A DNA stretch of 64,000 nt from the human T2T-CHM13v2.0 reference genome, Homo sapiens (GCF_009914755.1 NC_060932.1); one strand, 5' to 3'. Counted from the stretch's first letter, positions 28,412-41,723 are shown. Translations and numbers: made by a program. Notes: generated from the letters alone by a model not told the origin.

Positions 28412-28861
28412 TAATACATATTAGAAAAAGGAGAAAGGTCTCAAATCAATAATCTAAAATTCCACTGTGGGAAACTAGTAAAAGAAGAGTAATTCACATC
28501 CAAACAAGCAGAGGAAAAAAAGAAAAAAAATCACAGTGAAAATATAAAAAATACAGAAAAATAATTAAACCAAAAGAGTAGTAAATTAATAAACCACTAT
28601 CCAGCCTAACCAAGAAAAACAAGAGAAGCCCCAAATTATTTATATTATAAACAAAAGAGTAGCCACCACTATTGATCTCATGGACACTGAAATAATAATA
28701 AAGAAATATTATGAACAATTTTGTGCCTACAAATTATATCTTAGATTAAATGGACCAATTTCTTAAAAGAAACAATCTACAAAAACTTACACAAGAAGAA
28801 ATACATGATATGAATATGTCTGTATCTACTGGAGACATTGAATCATTAATTAAGAATCTTT

Positions 28862-29153
28862 GGCTGGGCCCGGTGGCTCACGCCTGTAATCCCAACACTT
28901 TGGGAGGCCAAGGTGGGTGGATCATGAGGTTGGGAGATTGAGACCATCCTGGCTAACATGGTGAAACCCTGTCTCTGCGAAAACAACACACACACAAAAA
29001 AAATTAGCAGGGCATGGTGGTGGGCACCTGTAGTCCCAGCTACTTTGGGAGGCTGAGGCAGGAGAATGGTGTGAAACCAGGAGGTGGAGCTTGCAGTGAG
29101 CCAAGGTCACGCCACTGCACTCCAGCCTGGGCGAAAGAGCGAGACTCCATCTG
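28862..29153 (+). mobile_element. AluY with (CA)-rich linker and almost no A tail
   Basis: GAGACCATCCTGGCTAAC, GAATGGTGTGAA, GGAGCTTGCAG; TSD AAGAATCTT. Confidence 0.92.
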
Positions 29154-30472
29154 AAAGAATCTTCCAAAACAGAAAGCATCAGGCCCATGTGGTTTTACTG
29201 TTAAACGTTATCATATATTTGAGGAAGAAATTATACTAATTTCTATGACTTGTTCCAGAAATTAGAAGTAGGGGGCACACTTTCTAACTTTTTTTCTGGA
29301 TCCAGATTACCCAAATGTGAAAACCAAAGACATGACAAAGAAAAGCAAAACAAAAGGAAACTACAGACTAATATGTATCATGAACATAGATTCAAAAATC
29401 CACAAAGAGTTTTAGGAAACAAAATTAAACAACGCATAAAAAGAATTATACACCACAGCCAAGAGGGATTTATTCCAGGTATGCAAGGCAAGTTCAATAT
29501 TTGCAAGTCAATTAATGTAACCCATCACATCAACTGACTAAAGAAGAAAAACCATATGATTATATCAATTGATATAGAAAAAAACATTTGAAAAAAATTC
29601 AACATTCAATCATAAAACTCTCAGCAAACTAGAAATAAAAGGGAATTTTTTCAACTTGATAAATAACATCTACAAAAGACCTACAGTTAACATAATACTT
29701 AATGGTGAAAAACTAGAAACTTTCCCATTAAGATCAGGAACAAGGCAATAGCATCCTGTCTGATCATTCCTATTCAACACTGTGCCGGAATTTCTAGCTA
29801 ATGTAATAAGACAAGAAAATAAAATAAAATGTATATAGGTTGAGAAGGAAGAAATAAAACTATCTTTGTTCACAGATGACATGATTGTCTACATAAACAA
29901 ATCCCAAGGAATTCAAAATAACAATAAAAATTCCTGGAACTAATAACTGAATTCCGCAGAATATGAGTTGCTTTTCTATGTACTAGGAATGGACAAATGA
30001 AATTTGAAAGTAAAACACACACACCCTTCAGAACCTAAAGAAGGAAGCAGATTTCAACTTGGAATGTAAATGAAATTAATCTGGCTAGGACTAATGAATC
30101 AGAAAGGGTGGAGAATGGTAATATCTATATTTTGAAACTTTAACCCCTCTATGAGATCAAAGGAAGAGAGATCTATTTTGTTCAAAATTTAAATTTTATG
30201 TGGCACACAATCTGGTGTAACCTGTCTGGTAAATTTGTTTAGATAATCAAATTCAGGTTTTACTTGAGACCTAGAATAGTAGATAAAATCTTGGGATTCT
30301 GTGTAAATTCTTGCAATACTCTGATGTATTTGAGGAAATGTTGTGTATAAAATGAAAGAAATATTTGCAGAAGCCCTTGAGGGGCTGGGGAAGGAAACCA
30401 TGAAACTGTATGCATTGCAGCTAAATTGTACGGGAAAGACCCATCTTCAAGGTTCATAAGTTGACCAGGTAT

Positions 30473-31143
30473 TGTAACCACACAACAGGTTCTTTTGCCC
30501 ACTGTACAGAAAAGCCAATACATTGAGAGCATGGTATTTCAGTAGAGAAAGAGTTTAATTATCATAGTGTTAGCCAAGCAGGAGGATGGGAGATGTTTCT
30601 GAAATCCACTTCCCTGAGAATTCACAGGCTAGATTTTTTTCAAAGACAGTTTGGTGGGTATACGGCTAGTGAATAGTGAATACTGATTGGTTGGGTTAGG
30701 TATGAAATCATAGGGGGTCAAAAATAATCTTTGTATACTGAGTCAGCTTCTGAATGGGGGTGATAGGACTGGTTGAGTCAGTTCCTTAGTGTCAGTCATA
30801 GGTCTAAGTGATTCCAGGTAGAGTCGGTCAGTTATCAGAATGCAAAAACCTGAAAAATATTTCAAAGACCAATTTTAGGTTTTACAATAGTGATGTTATC
30901 TATAGGAGCAATTGGGGAAGTTACGAATCTTGTGGCTTCTGGCTACATGACTCCTGAGCAGTGATGAATCATAGAAAAGCAAGCTAGGGGACAATGGCTG
31001 GTTATCATTTAGCTACACCTACATCTTAGAAGAATTCAGGCTCTTCCAATAATCCTAACCTTCTGGCCTTTCATTAGTTTTACAAAGGTGGCTTTTTGTT
31101 CCTGAACAAGGAGAAGGTCAGTTTCAGGAAGGGGCTATTATCA
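30473..31143 (-). mobile_element. ERV1 solo LTR (LTR8-like group)
   Basis: TGTAACCACACAACAGGTTCTTTTGCCCACTG...GCCTTTCATTAGTTTTACAAAGGTGG; exact subfamily uncertain. Confidence 0.7.
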
Positions 31144-31149
31144 CTTATT

Positions 31150-31792
31150 TTGAGCTGGGACATCCAGTTTCTCTTGCCCCCAGACATTGGTTCCACAGCC
31201 TTTGAACTCTGGGACTTATATCTTTAGCCTCAGACTGAATTACAGCATAGACTTACCTGGTGCTCCAGCTTTTAGACAGCATGTTATGGGACTTCTTGGC
31301 CTCAATAATAGCATGAGTCATTTTTCCTATTAAATCTCTCTCTATATATGTGTGTATATATATACACGTATATACATATATACGTGTATATATATATACA
31401 CGTATATACATATACGTGTATATATATATACACGTATATACATATATGTGTGTGTATATATGTATACACGTATATACATATATGTGTGTGTATATATATA
31501 CACGTATATACGTATACGTGTATATATACACACATGTGTGTATATATATACACGTATATACACATATACGTGTGGGTATATATACACGTATATACATATA
31601 TACGTGTATATATATACACACCACTTATATACATATGTATGTGTGTATATATATACACGTATACGTGTGTGTATATATATGTATACACATATATATACGT
31701 ATATGTGTATATGTGTGTGTGTATATATGTGTATATACGTATATATATAATCTCCTATTGGTTCTGTTTCTCTAGAGACCCTGACTAATAGA
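31150..31792 (+). mobile_element. MLT2B-like ERVL LTR 3' half with expanded internal microsatellite
   Basis: GAGCTGGGACATCC...GGGACTTCTTGGCCTC...TCCTATTGGTTCTGTTTCTCTAGAGACCCTGACTAATA. Confidence 0.85.
31343..31749. repeat. Alternating purine-pyrimidine VNTR (TA/TG/CA/CG), recurring unit ~TATATACACGTATATACATATATACGTG
   Basis: Read directly; ~400 bp almost entirely RY-alternating. Confidence 0.95.
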
Positions 31793-32124
31793 ATTGTCCA
31801 ATTTATGGGAGATAAAAAGAGTCTCCATGAGATCAAAAGAAAAAGCAGTAAGACATTATTAACCCCATTGATTTTGAAGTTAGTGAAAATTACTTTTTTG
31901 GTTTTCACTAGATTTACCGTCTGTTTTGGTAAATTGCAAAGGAATTTGTTTTTGCCTTTGGCTGAACCTGAACTAATATCTAAGAAGAGGTAGAGCAAGT
32001 TTATTCAAGCTATAAGCTGCTACGCACACATGCATACACATATACACATAATGTGAATGCATTAAACTTTTAAAATGCTTTAACTTTTTAGCCTTGGAAA
32101 TAAAGAAGTAAATACAAGGGCAAC

Positions 32125-32304
32125 AAGGGAGCTTGTAAAATGATACAATAGACTTTGGGGACTTGGGGGAAAGGGTGAGATGGGGTGAGGGATAAAAGAC
32201 TACACACTGTGTATAGTTCACCAAAATCTCAGCAATCACCACTAAAGAACTTATTCATGTAACCAAAAACAACCTGCTCCCCAAAAACTTATGAAATAAA
32301 AAAA
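32125..32304 (+). mobile_element. Short L1PB-like 3' end
   Basis: GGGATAAAAGACTACAC...CACCACTAAAGAACTTATTCATGTAACC...AAATAAAAAAA; TSD-like AGTAAATACAAGGGCAAC/AGTAATACAAGGGTAAC. Confidence 0.85.
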
Positions 32305-32381
32305 TGCAGTAATACAAGGGTAACTTTTGTTTATGTTATGACTGTATACATATAGGCTGACAGTTCCTAATTGTCCATCTG

Positions 32382-32436
32382 TCCTTCCTTCCTTCTTCCT
32401 TCTTTCCTTCCTTCTTCCTCTTCCTTCCTTCCTTTC
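32382..32436. repeat. Imperfect (CCTT)n polypyrimidine tract
   Basis: Read directly. Confidence 0.85.
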
Positions 32437-34204
32437 TAACTCAAGCTGCTTACATCCCAGAGGTAGAGATTTACTCCAGTCAGAACAAACTGGGAAGTGT
32501 CAGGCAGTAGTATAGGTTTTTCTCTGTACCAGAGGGCTGTCAATAGTAACTATCCTTGGCACAGCACTACTGTGCCAGCTATGAATTCTGGTAAATATGC
32601 ATAATTTGAAGATAAAAGTTAACTACAGTTTGAATTGTTTGCTCCATACAGAAAAACATCATTTGTAATAGGTCTAAAATTATTCTTTTCTTTAAGAAAA
32701 TAACTTACTGAATTCATTCAGCCATTCAAGGTGAACTAGACTGAGTGATGCTTAAAATGATATGTCGTCCTACAACATAAATTTTCAATTCTTTGAGAAC
32801 CTCTGGAGAGAGGGCTGAGGGGCCTAGAATTAGAAGAGGGAGGAAAGAAATCTTCAGAGACAAAGGAGGGGCTACAACAAATGATATGGGTAGCAGGAAT
32901 TCATGGAAGGACATAGCCGTGGAAGCTCTCTGGTAGGGGAGAGTGTCTAAGAATTTCTAGGAACAAGGATGTCAGACATTCCATTTGAACTATCCTCCAT
33001 GGCAAATCCTGTAGAATATATTACTCAATAGCCATTCCAACATTTTACTCTCTTCCTTCTCTTCCTCTACTGCAGAGTCTGGGAAGCTAAAGACTCTCAT
33101 GCTCCAGCAGATGCCTGCTGAGGATTTGGGAGAAAGTCTTTGCTTCCTAATTACAAAAGCTATTCCTGCTTTCTCTGCTTCCTCTGTTCCTCCTTCTTCC
33201 TTCCTGAATGGAATTGCTGGAGCTATGTTTATCTTGTGACCACAAGGGAAAGGCCAAAAGATGTCCACAAACTTTAGCCCTGCTATCACAGGAGATATGC
33301 AAAGGAAGCTCGAACTATTTGGGAACTATTTAAGGAATCTCACAAGTTATAGGTGATTTACAGATATTCATGTACTGTTACATTAAGGTGTTCCTGCTTA
33401 ATTTTTGCTCTTAAATACAAAAATTTTGTCAGCAGTAATTGTAAATATAGATCATGATTTGTTTGACATGCTGATCAAGAAAATGGTGTAAAATGGTACT
33501 TCATATGCATATTTCTAAATATACACAATATTCACAAGCAGCTAATTGAAACAAATGAACAAGGGATGATAATGGGAATATATTGCAAAATGCTCACTTT
33601 TATGTAAGCATTAAGTAAAATGCATATACTGTCTTAATTAGTGAGATTGTCTATTATTCTTAACAGTCATGCATGCACCATCTTAATTATTCCAACTTTG
33701 CCTTTTGCTATAAGGTTTTAAGTTGCTCAGCCATAAAATTTTCTACTGTGGGTTCCTTTAGGAATTTGAATCTTCAGAGGAAATGCTAAGTCTATGTCCC
33801 CAGGAGACTGATGTGGACTTGAGATAAGAGATAGTCAGAAGGGGTCAAATGAAAGCCAGTCTGTAAGGAAAATGGCCTTGTGAGCCCCCCTTTGTGACGG
33901 TCTCCACCTTCATCATGCAGCTTGTTCTGCCAGTCAGAGGGTAGCAAGGGAATCAAGAATGACATTTATCCAAATAGGATGAGCAAGTTAAGACCCGGTG
34001 ACCCTGGAAGGCACACAGTGGAAAAAGCATGTGCCAGTCCCTCAGTTCATAGGCAGCCCATCTCCCACAGACCCTGTCAAAATATTACCAGTTTCTAGGT
34101 ATCTCATGAAAATATTGAAAGCTGTGCTTTATCATCCCTGCCCCCACCTTGACCCTCTCCCTGCTCATTGGTCCTGGCTACCAGGTGTTGCTTTGAATTC
34201 TAGC

Positions 34205-34317
34205 TAGGGTAGCCAACTTCTCTACAGCTGCCTGAGACTTTTCTGGATTTTGCACCAAAAATCCTGCATCTTAAAGAAATCCTCTGTTGAAGTCAAATTG
34301 GGAAGCTGGTCCTCTTG
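34205..34317. mobile_element. MER81-like hAT-Blackjack MITE
   Basis: TAGGGTAGCCAAC start; ...AAATTGGGAAGCTGGTCCTC degenerate end; ~113 bp. Confidence 0.55.
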
Positions 34318-35501
34318 GTCCTGGAAAGGCTGCAGGTGCATGAAGACTCTGCTGATAACACAAAGCTTAGCCTCAGGATTGTCTTGAAAACATCATGCTA
34401 AGATATGGGCAGCATTGCATGATATCCAGGCTCAGGTCTCTGGAGCTTTCCTGGAATCTGGCAGAATGGACAGCTACAGTTGACTTTCTTATTGCTAAAA
34501 GCCAATTTTATAATAAGTAATAAGGCTTATTATAATAAAACTGACTTAATATAACATTACAAGAAAAGCTTATTAAAAATGTTTTCTTACAAAAACTCAA
34601 AGAGGAAAGCAACCAAAAAAGTATTGAGGTAGCTAGAGAAGATATAATTTTAAAAGTGCTCAAAGATGATATCATAAAGTATTGTAGCAATTTTTTCTAA
34701 AGGAAGGATATGTCTTTGGAAATCGCAAAAGGCAAGATTAAAAGTGAGGTTTATATGTTTCAGCAGAAACTTAAATAAGTGAATGAACTTTGTCAAGAAA
34801 ATGAAGGGGACTTGCAGGAAAGTAAGTCTAGACCAAAGAGATAGTTTAGAGAATGCAGAGAAATTTGTCAAGTAGATAAAAGCATGAGTCTTGCCTCTGA
34901 AGAGCCAGGGAGCTTCAGGGGAAAAAAATCTACAGGTCTAAGGGAAGAAATGGAAAGATTCTTTGAATCTTTCAAATGTCAGCTGATTATACTTGATATC
35001 AAAACTTCTAATAAGTGGTTGACAGTTAAGGCTGGTAAGACTGGTCAAAGAAACCCCAGTGAATTTAGAAAAGAAAATACATATCACAGATAAAATTTCC
35101 CTGAAGCAGATATTAAATTTGAGCCTTTACAGATGATCTTCAAGACCTCCGTATTTCAAGATCAGCATCTGGCAGAGGCTTATGGGAATAAGGGAATCCT
35201 ATGAGCTATCAGATCACTGAGGCTTCAGGTATGTTCAGCTGGGATGGCTCAGGGATCTGGTGTCCAAGGTGTATTTTGTGGACCAGAAGCTACTTCCACA
35301 GTATTCAGATCTCAGGATGAAAATTCCTCCACCAAGGCAGCCACATCCTAGAACAACTCTTCTTCCTCAAACAAAAACGCAGAGTTTGCCCTCTTGTTCC
35401 CAACTTTTGTTATCTCTTTCAGACCAACAGGGTACCGATGTTTTTATATGTTTCCTTTTAATGAGGCAAATGGCCCAAGATCCTCAAAAATGATGTTAAT
35501 G

Positions 35502-35789
35502 GGCTAGGCACAGTGGCTTATACTTGTAATCCTAGAACTTTGGGAGGCTGAGGCAGGAGGATTGCTTGAGCCCAGGAGTTGGAGACCAGCCTGGACAACA
35601 TAGGGAGACCTTGTCTCCGTGAAAAATAAACAAAATTAGCCAGGTGTGGTTGTACACACCTGTACTCCTGGCTACTCAGGAGGCTGAGATGGGAGGATCA
35701 CTTGAGCCTGGGAGGTCAAGGCTGCAGTGAGGAGAGATTGCGCCACTACCCTCCAGCCTGGGCGACAGTGCAAGACCCTATCCAAAAAA
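35502..35789 (+). mobile_element. AluJ SINE
   Basis: GGAGGATTGCTTGAGCCCAGG, GGTCAAGGCTGCAG; TSD AAAAATGATGTTAAT/AAAAATGAGGTTAAT. Confidence 0.93.
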
Positions 35790-35984
35790 ATGAGGTTAAT
35801 AACACCTTTGATATCTTAGGTTCTCTTGATATGTCTCTCACACTTGAGAGTGGCGCAGCTGATCCAGGCTTTGTTCCCCCACCTCATGAGCCAGTAGGAG
35901 GGACCAGGAAATCAGGCCCTGAGGATGGTTCTAGGAGAAGGATCTCCTTTCCTTCCCTCTTCCCTAGAAGCTCATCTGAAGTCT

Positions 35985-36409
35985 TGATATTAGTTTGCTT
36001 TGGCTGCCATAATAAAATATCACAGATTTGGTGACTTAAGCAATATAAATTTATCTTCTCACAGCTCTGGAGGCTGAAAGCTTAAATATCAACATGTCAG
36101 CAGGGTTGGTTTATGGTGAGGTCTCTCTTCCTGACCTGCAGACAGCTACCTTCTCTCTACATTCTCACATGACCTCTTCTGTGTGTATGGGGTGGGGGTG
36201 GGGGGGTGGCTGGGGGGAGGGAGAGTAAGAGAGAGAGGAGAGATGTCTCTTTCCTTTTTATTTTCTCATAAGGATACCAGTCCTGTTGGATGGAGCCCCA
36301 CCCTCCCACCCTAAGACCTCAGTTCATCTTACCTCCTAAAAGACCCTATCTCCAAATGCAGTCACATATGCAAATTTTAGGGTAAGGGGACAAAATGCGG
36401 TCTATAACA
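35985..36409 (-). mobile_element. MLT1A-like MaLR solo LTR
   Basis: TATTAGTTTGCTTGGCTGCCATAATAAAATATCACAGA...ATAAGGATACCAGTCCTGTTGGAT...TCTATAACA. Confidence 0.85.
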
Positions 36410-37448
36410 GCCTCCATAGATTACTTTCTGCAGTCCAGCAGGCTTCCCTGAACCTCCCTATTTTCTAATAGCACTGAGGACCCTCTAGTCACAAGGGAGT
36501 TTCCTTGTCATTCTTGTCCAAACACTGCATGTCCCCACATCCTGAGAGAAGAAGTGAATGTTCACCAGGGCTCAGTCCATCCTCCAGGGTACCTCCTTCT
36601 GAAGGTCTATAACCAGATAAATACTAAAGTCATATTGAATTGCCTTCCTTTTAGTTAAACTACTGGTGTTTAAGAAATTGCACAAGTATTCAAATTGTAC
36701 CTTGATAATATTATAATTCATAGAGTTATAATTTATAAATAGAGATTATGTTACATATAAAGAATCCTATAAATGATTTTCATTTTGTAATTCTCTAGGT
36801 AGTACATGTATTGGATTTGTATTGCATTTTGATATCATTAACCAGTCCTTTATAACATAAAATCCTCTACCAGGCATTTTGCATGAGCACTTCAGCAATG
36901 AGACATATTTAAAATTTTAAATGCCACATTGGGTTGCCAAGAGTTGCTTTTAATATTGTTAAAAGGCAATTGTGGAAGGAGCTTAAAGTTTACCTAAATA
37001 AATTTGCATTGGCTAAAAAGAATCAGTTCAATATATGAAAATCAATCAATGTAATACAACACATTAACAAAATGAATACAATAATACACGATCATTTCAG
37101 TTGATGCAGAAAAAGCATTTCATAATGCTCTTAATACAATTCAACATTCATGATAAAAGTACTTAACAAAACTAGGATTAGAAGAAACTACCTCAACATA
37201 ATAAAAGCCATATATTAAAGAAATACCACACAGTTAATATCATAATTAATGGTGAAAGATTGAAAGATGTTCTTGTAAGATCTGGAATAAGGCAAGGGTA
37301 TCTTCTCTGGCAACTTACATTCAACGTAGTATTGGAAAACATTGCAGAGCAATTAGGTAATAAAATAAAATAAAATAATTAAAAGTGAAAAGGAAGAAGT
37401 AAAATTCTCTTTATTCTCCGATGGCATTATCTGTAGAAAACCCTAAAC

Positions 37449-37452
<4 letters not shown>

Positions 37453-37490
<38 letters not shown>
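37453..37490. repeat. (CA)n microsatellite
   Basis: About 17 CA units. Confidence 0.95.
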
Positions 37491-37882
37491 TTAGACTCAA
37501 TAAACAACTTAGGCAAAGTTGCAGAATGTCAATTTAACACACACAAATAAGTTATTTTCTATACACTAGGAATGTGTAGTATATATTAAAAAATTAAAAA
37601 ACAGTTCTATTAAAATAGCATCAAAAAGAATAAATATTTTGGAATAAACTTAATCAGAGAGGTAAAAGATTTGTACACTGAAAACTACAAAGCATTGCTG
37701 AAAGAAATTCAAGAAGATGTAAATGAATAGAAATATATTCTGTGTTCATGGATTGGAAGATTTGATATTATTATGATGCCAATTCTATCCAAAGTGATCT
37801 ACAGGATCAATGCAATTTCTATCAAAATCCCAGTGGCATTTCTTTTGCAGAAATAGAAAAATCTATTTTGGGAAAAAAAAGG

Positions 37883-38228
<346 letters not shown>

Positions 38229-40895
38229 TTATCTACAAAGCCATGGTAATCAAAACAATGTGGTATTGGCATAAAAAATAGATATATAGAACAATGGAAT
38301 AGAATAGGGACTTCATAAATAAACCATTGCATATATGGTCCAGTAATTTTTGAAAGTGGTTCAAAGATTACTTAATGAGGAAAGAACAGTCTTTTCAACA
38401 AATGGTGTTAGGAAAACTGAGTATACACATGGAAAAGAAAAAAGTTGGGCCTTTACCTTATACTGTATTCAAAAATTAACTCAAAATAGACCAAAATATA
38501 AAAGCTAAAACTCTAAAATTGTTAGAAGTAAACTTAGGGGAATAATTTCATGACATTGGATTTGGCAAACCTGTCTTGAATATGACACCAAAAGCATGGG
38601 CAACATTTTAAAGAAATATAATTTTGCCTACATTAAAATTAAAAACCTTTGTGAATCAAAGAATACTATCAAAGGGAGAAGGCAACCCATAAAATAAGAG
38701 AAGACATCTGAATATCATGTTCATTGTAAGGGATTAATATCCAGAGTATATAAAGAACACCTACAACTCAACAACAACAAAAAACAAACAACCCAATTTA
38801 AAAAGTGGAAAAGGACTTGGACAGACATTTTTCCAAAGGAGATACATTAATGGCCAATAAGCATATCAAATTATGCTCAACATCCTTAATCACTGGGAAA
38901 ATGCAAACCAAAACTACAATGAGATATCACTTTATAGCCATTAGTATGATTATTACAAAAAAATCAGAAAATAACAAGTGTTGGTGGGGATAGGGAAAAA
39001 AATGCAACCATTATGTTCTGTTGGTGGGAGTGTAAAATAGAGAAGTATCTAAGGAAAACAGTATGGTGATTCTTCAAAAAATTAAAAACAAAATTACCAT
39101 ATGATTCACCAATTCCACTTGAAGAACTGAAGCAGGAAATTGAACTGATATTTGTACATTCATGTTCATGGCAGCAATAATTACAATAACCAAAAAGTGA
39201 AAGCAACCCAAGTGTTCACCCACAAATGAGCTCATCCAGTCATCTGTGGATGAGTAGATAAATAAAATGTGATATATACATACCATGGGATATTATTCAG
39301 CCTTGGAAAAGGAAGGAAATTCTCACATATGCTATAACATAGATGGACCTTCTGAACATTCTGCTAAGAGAAATAAGCCAGCTACAAAAGGACAAATACT
39401 GTATGATTACAATTATGTGAGTTACCTACAGCAGTCAAATCCACAGAAACTGAAAGTAAAATGGTGGTAGTGCAGGGCTGAGAGAAGGGTAGAATAGAGA
39501 GATATCATTTAATGTGTTGAAGTTTCTGTCTGAGAAGATGACAAAAGTTCTGGAGATGGATGATGGTGGGTTTTGCACCACAACGTAAATGTATTTAATA
39601 CCACTGAACTGCGCACTTAAAAATGGTTAAGATGATTCATATAGATATTTTACTCTCACAAAAAGTCATAAACATCAAACATGGTTCCTCTCATAAAGTT
39701 GCCTGACCACCTCTTTTTTCTTTCTCCAGAAAAAAAGAAACCATTGTCTCTTATCTTAATTTGAAGATTGTAAAGATTTTCCGACAATCAGTTGATCTAC
39801 TTTTAAAGTTTAAGATAATTAGAATTCTCAAAAAAGAGTTTTATCATCTTTGTCCATTGCCAACTCCCTTTATGGTCCTTTAAATATGCATTAATATGAA
39901 AATGAGGCATAGCTCCTTCACATATTTTCATTGCTGGATTCAGAGTGTGAAGGTGAAGTGGATATAACCAAACCTGCTCAGATTCCCACTGCTACTTAAG
40001 TTCTGGGTTGATTGCAGACTTTGAATGCAGCCCTGCTCAGTGACATAAGGTGATGGGAGAGCATGGGCTGCAGGGAAAATGAGCTCACCTTGAATTTGTG
40101 ACTATGGCTGCTTTTCATCATGATTAATGGTCACTGGTCCTTGCTCACATCAATCTAGGCTGGTTCCCCCACACAGAAGAAAATCAGCCTCAACATCCCA
40201 GGCATTAAATCTGGTCTTGACAGCTGCTGCAAAGGCTGAACTGGCCAGGAGAGGTCCCATTACCTGCTGTGCAACACCTCATGGTGCTTCCCGCCAACAG
40301 GTGTGCAGGCACAGTGACTGGCTAGCTGCAGCTGAGATGAAGCTGGGCAGTCCCATGGCAGAGGTGAATTACCTGGCAGAGTGGTGGAGGGCCAGGCAGA
40401 AACTTCAGGAGCCTGGGACAAAACCTCACACACTCCTTATTTTGAAAACAGTGATGAGTTATTTAATCTCCTAATTTTTGTCTCCTTATTTGTAAAATGG
40501 GAAGAAGACTTGCCTGGCAGGTTTGTTTTCAGGATTGAATGTGACAATCTACATCCCTTGTCTGGTCCCACAGTCAGTACCTGAGAGAGTTCAATTTTCC
40601 CTCGCTCTCATTGCTCTTATTTAATATGAGGGTCCGAATAGAGCAATTTGATTCCTGTCTTGGTGCTTTTATACGAGCTGCTCCATGTGCCTGGAACGTC
40701 CTCCCACTGCTTTGCAAACTACTATTAATCCCTCAATATGCAACTTAGATGTCATTTCCTTCCCTGTTACAAAGGCCGCTGTCGCCCTTCCTTTTATGGA
40801 CACGAATGGTGCCAAATGCCACATAGCTTTCCCTCTCTTCCACTTCTGTGTTCTGGTCATAATTCTATTTTTGGGCTCTCTCTGTTCAATTATTG

Positions 40896-41114
40896 TTTCC
40901 TGTGCCTCTGTCCCCTGCACTCATCATTGTTCTATCCTAAAGGGTCAGCAAACATTTTTTGTATGGGGCCTGATTGTAAATACTTTAGGCTTTGCAGGTC
41001 TGTGTTTTCCTGTGCCTCTGTCCCCTGCACTCATCATTGTTCTATCCTAAAGGGTCAGCAAACATTTTTTGTATGGGGCCTGATTGTAGATACTTTAGGC
41101 TTTGCAGGTCTGTG
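40896..41114. repeat. 110-bp tandem duplication (two copies)
   Basis: 40896-41004 vs 41006-41114 identical except at 40979/41089 (A/G). Confidence 0.97.
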
Positions 41115-41268
41115 GTCTCCTCTGCAACTATGCAATTGTGCTATTGCACTGCAAAAGCAGCCACAGACAACTTGTAAATGAATGAGTGTGGCTGTGTTTC
41201 CAATAAAACTGTATTGATAAAAATAGGCAGAGTCAGATTTGCCCACTGGCCATAATTTTCAGCTCCTG
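41049..41268. mobile_element. MER58A hAT-Charlie MITE (its first ~65 bp also duplicated at ~40939-41004)
   Basis: GGGTCAGCAAAC...TTTAGGCTTTGCAGG...GTGGCTGTGTTTCCAATAAAACT...CTCCTG. Confidence 0.85.
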
Positions 41269-41344
41269 CTTTACTCCATCCAGGTGGCATGGAGCTTGGC
41301 ATAACAAACATTAGAAAAATGGTATCTGTCCCAAATTCTGGATT

Positions 41345-41723
41345 TGCATTAGTACGTTTTCACACTGCTATAAAGAACTGCCTGAGACTGGGTAATTTAT
41401 AAAGGAAAGAGGTTTAATTGACTCACAGTTCCGCATGGCTTGGAAGGCCTCAGGAAACTTACAGTCATGGTGGAAGGTAAAGGGGAAGCAAGCCATCTTC
41501 TTCACAAGACAACAGGAGGGAGAGTGAATGCAGGAGGAACTACCAAACACTTATAAAACCATCAGATCTCACGAGAACTCACTGACTATCATGAGAGCAG
41601 CATGGGGGAAACCACCTCCATGGACCGATTATCTTCACCTGGTCTCTCTCTTGACACATGGGGATTATGACGGTTATAATTCAAGATGAGATTTGGGTGG
41701 GGACACAAAGCTTAACCATATCA
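41345..41723 (-). mobile_element. THE1D-like MaLR solo LTR
   Basis: TGCATTAGTACGTTTTCACACTGCTATAAAGAACTGCCTGAGACTGGG...AACCATATCA. Confidence 0.9.

Noticed and set aside
31343-31749. CRISPR-like repeat-spacer array
   Set aside because: Low-complexity eukaryotic VNTR with no unique spacers and no cas genes
31253-31998. Long Y/I/V/C/T-rich ORFs (up to 218 aa) in several frames
   Set aside because: Artefact of the RY-alternating repeat, which cannot contain stop codons
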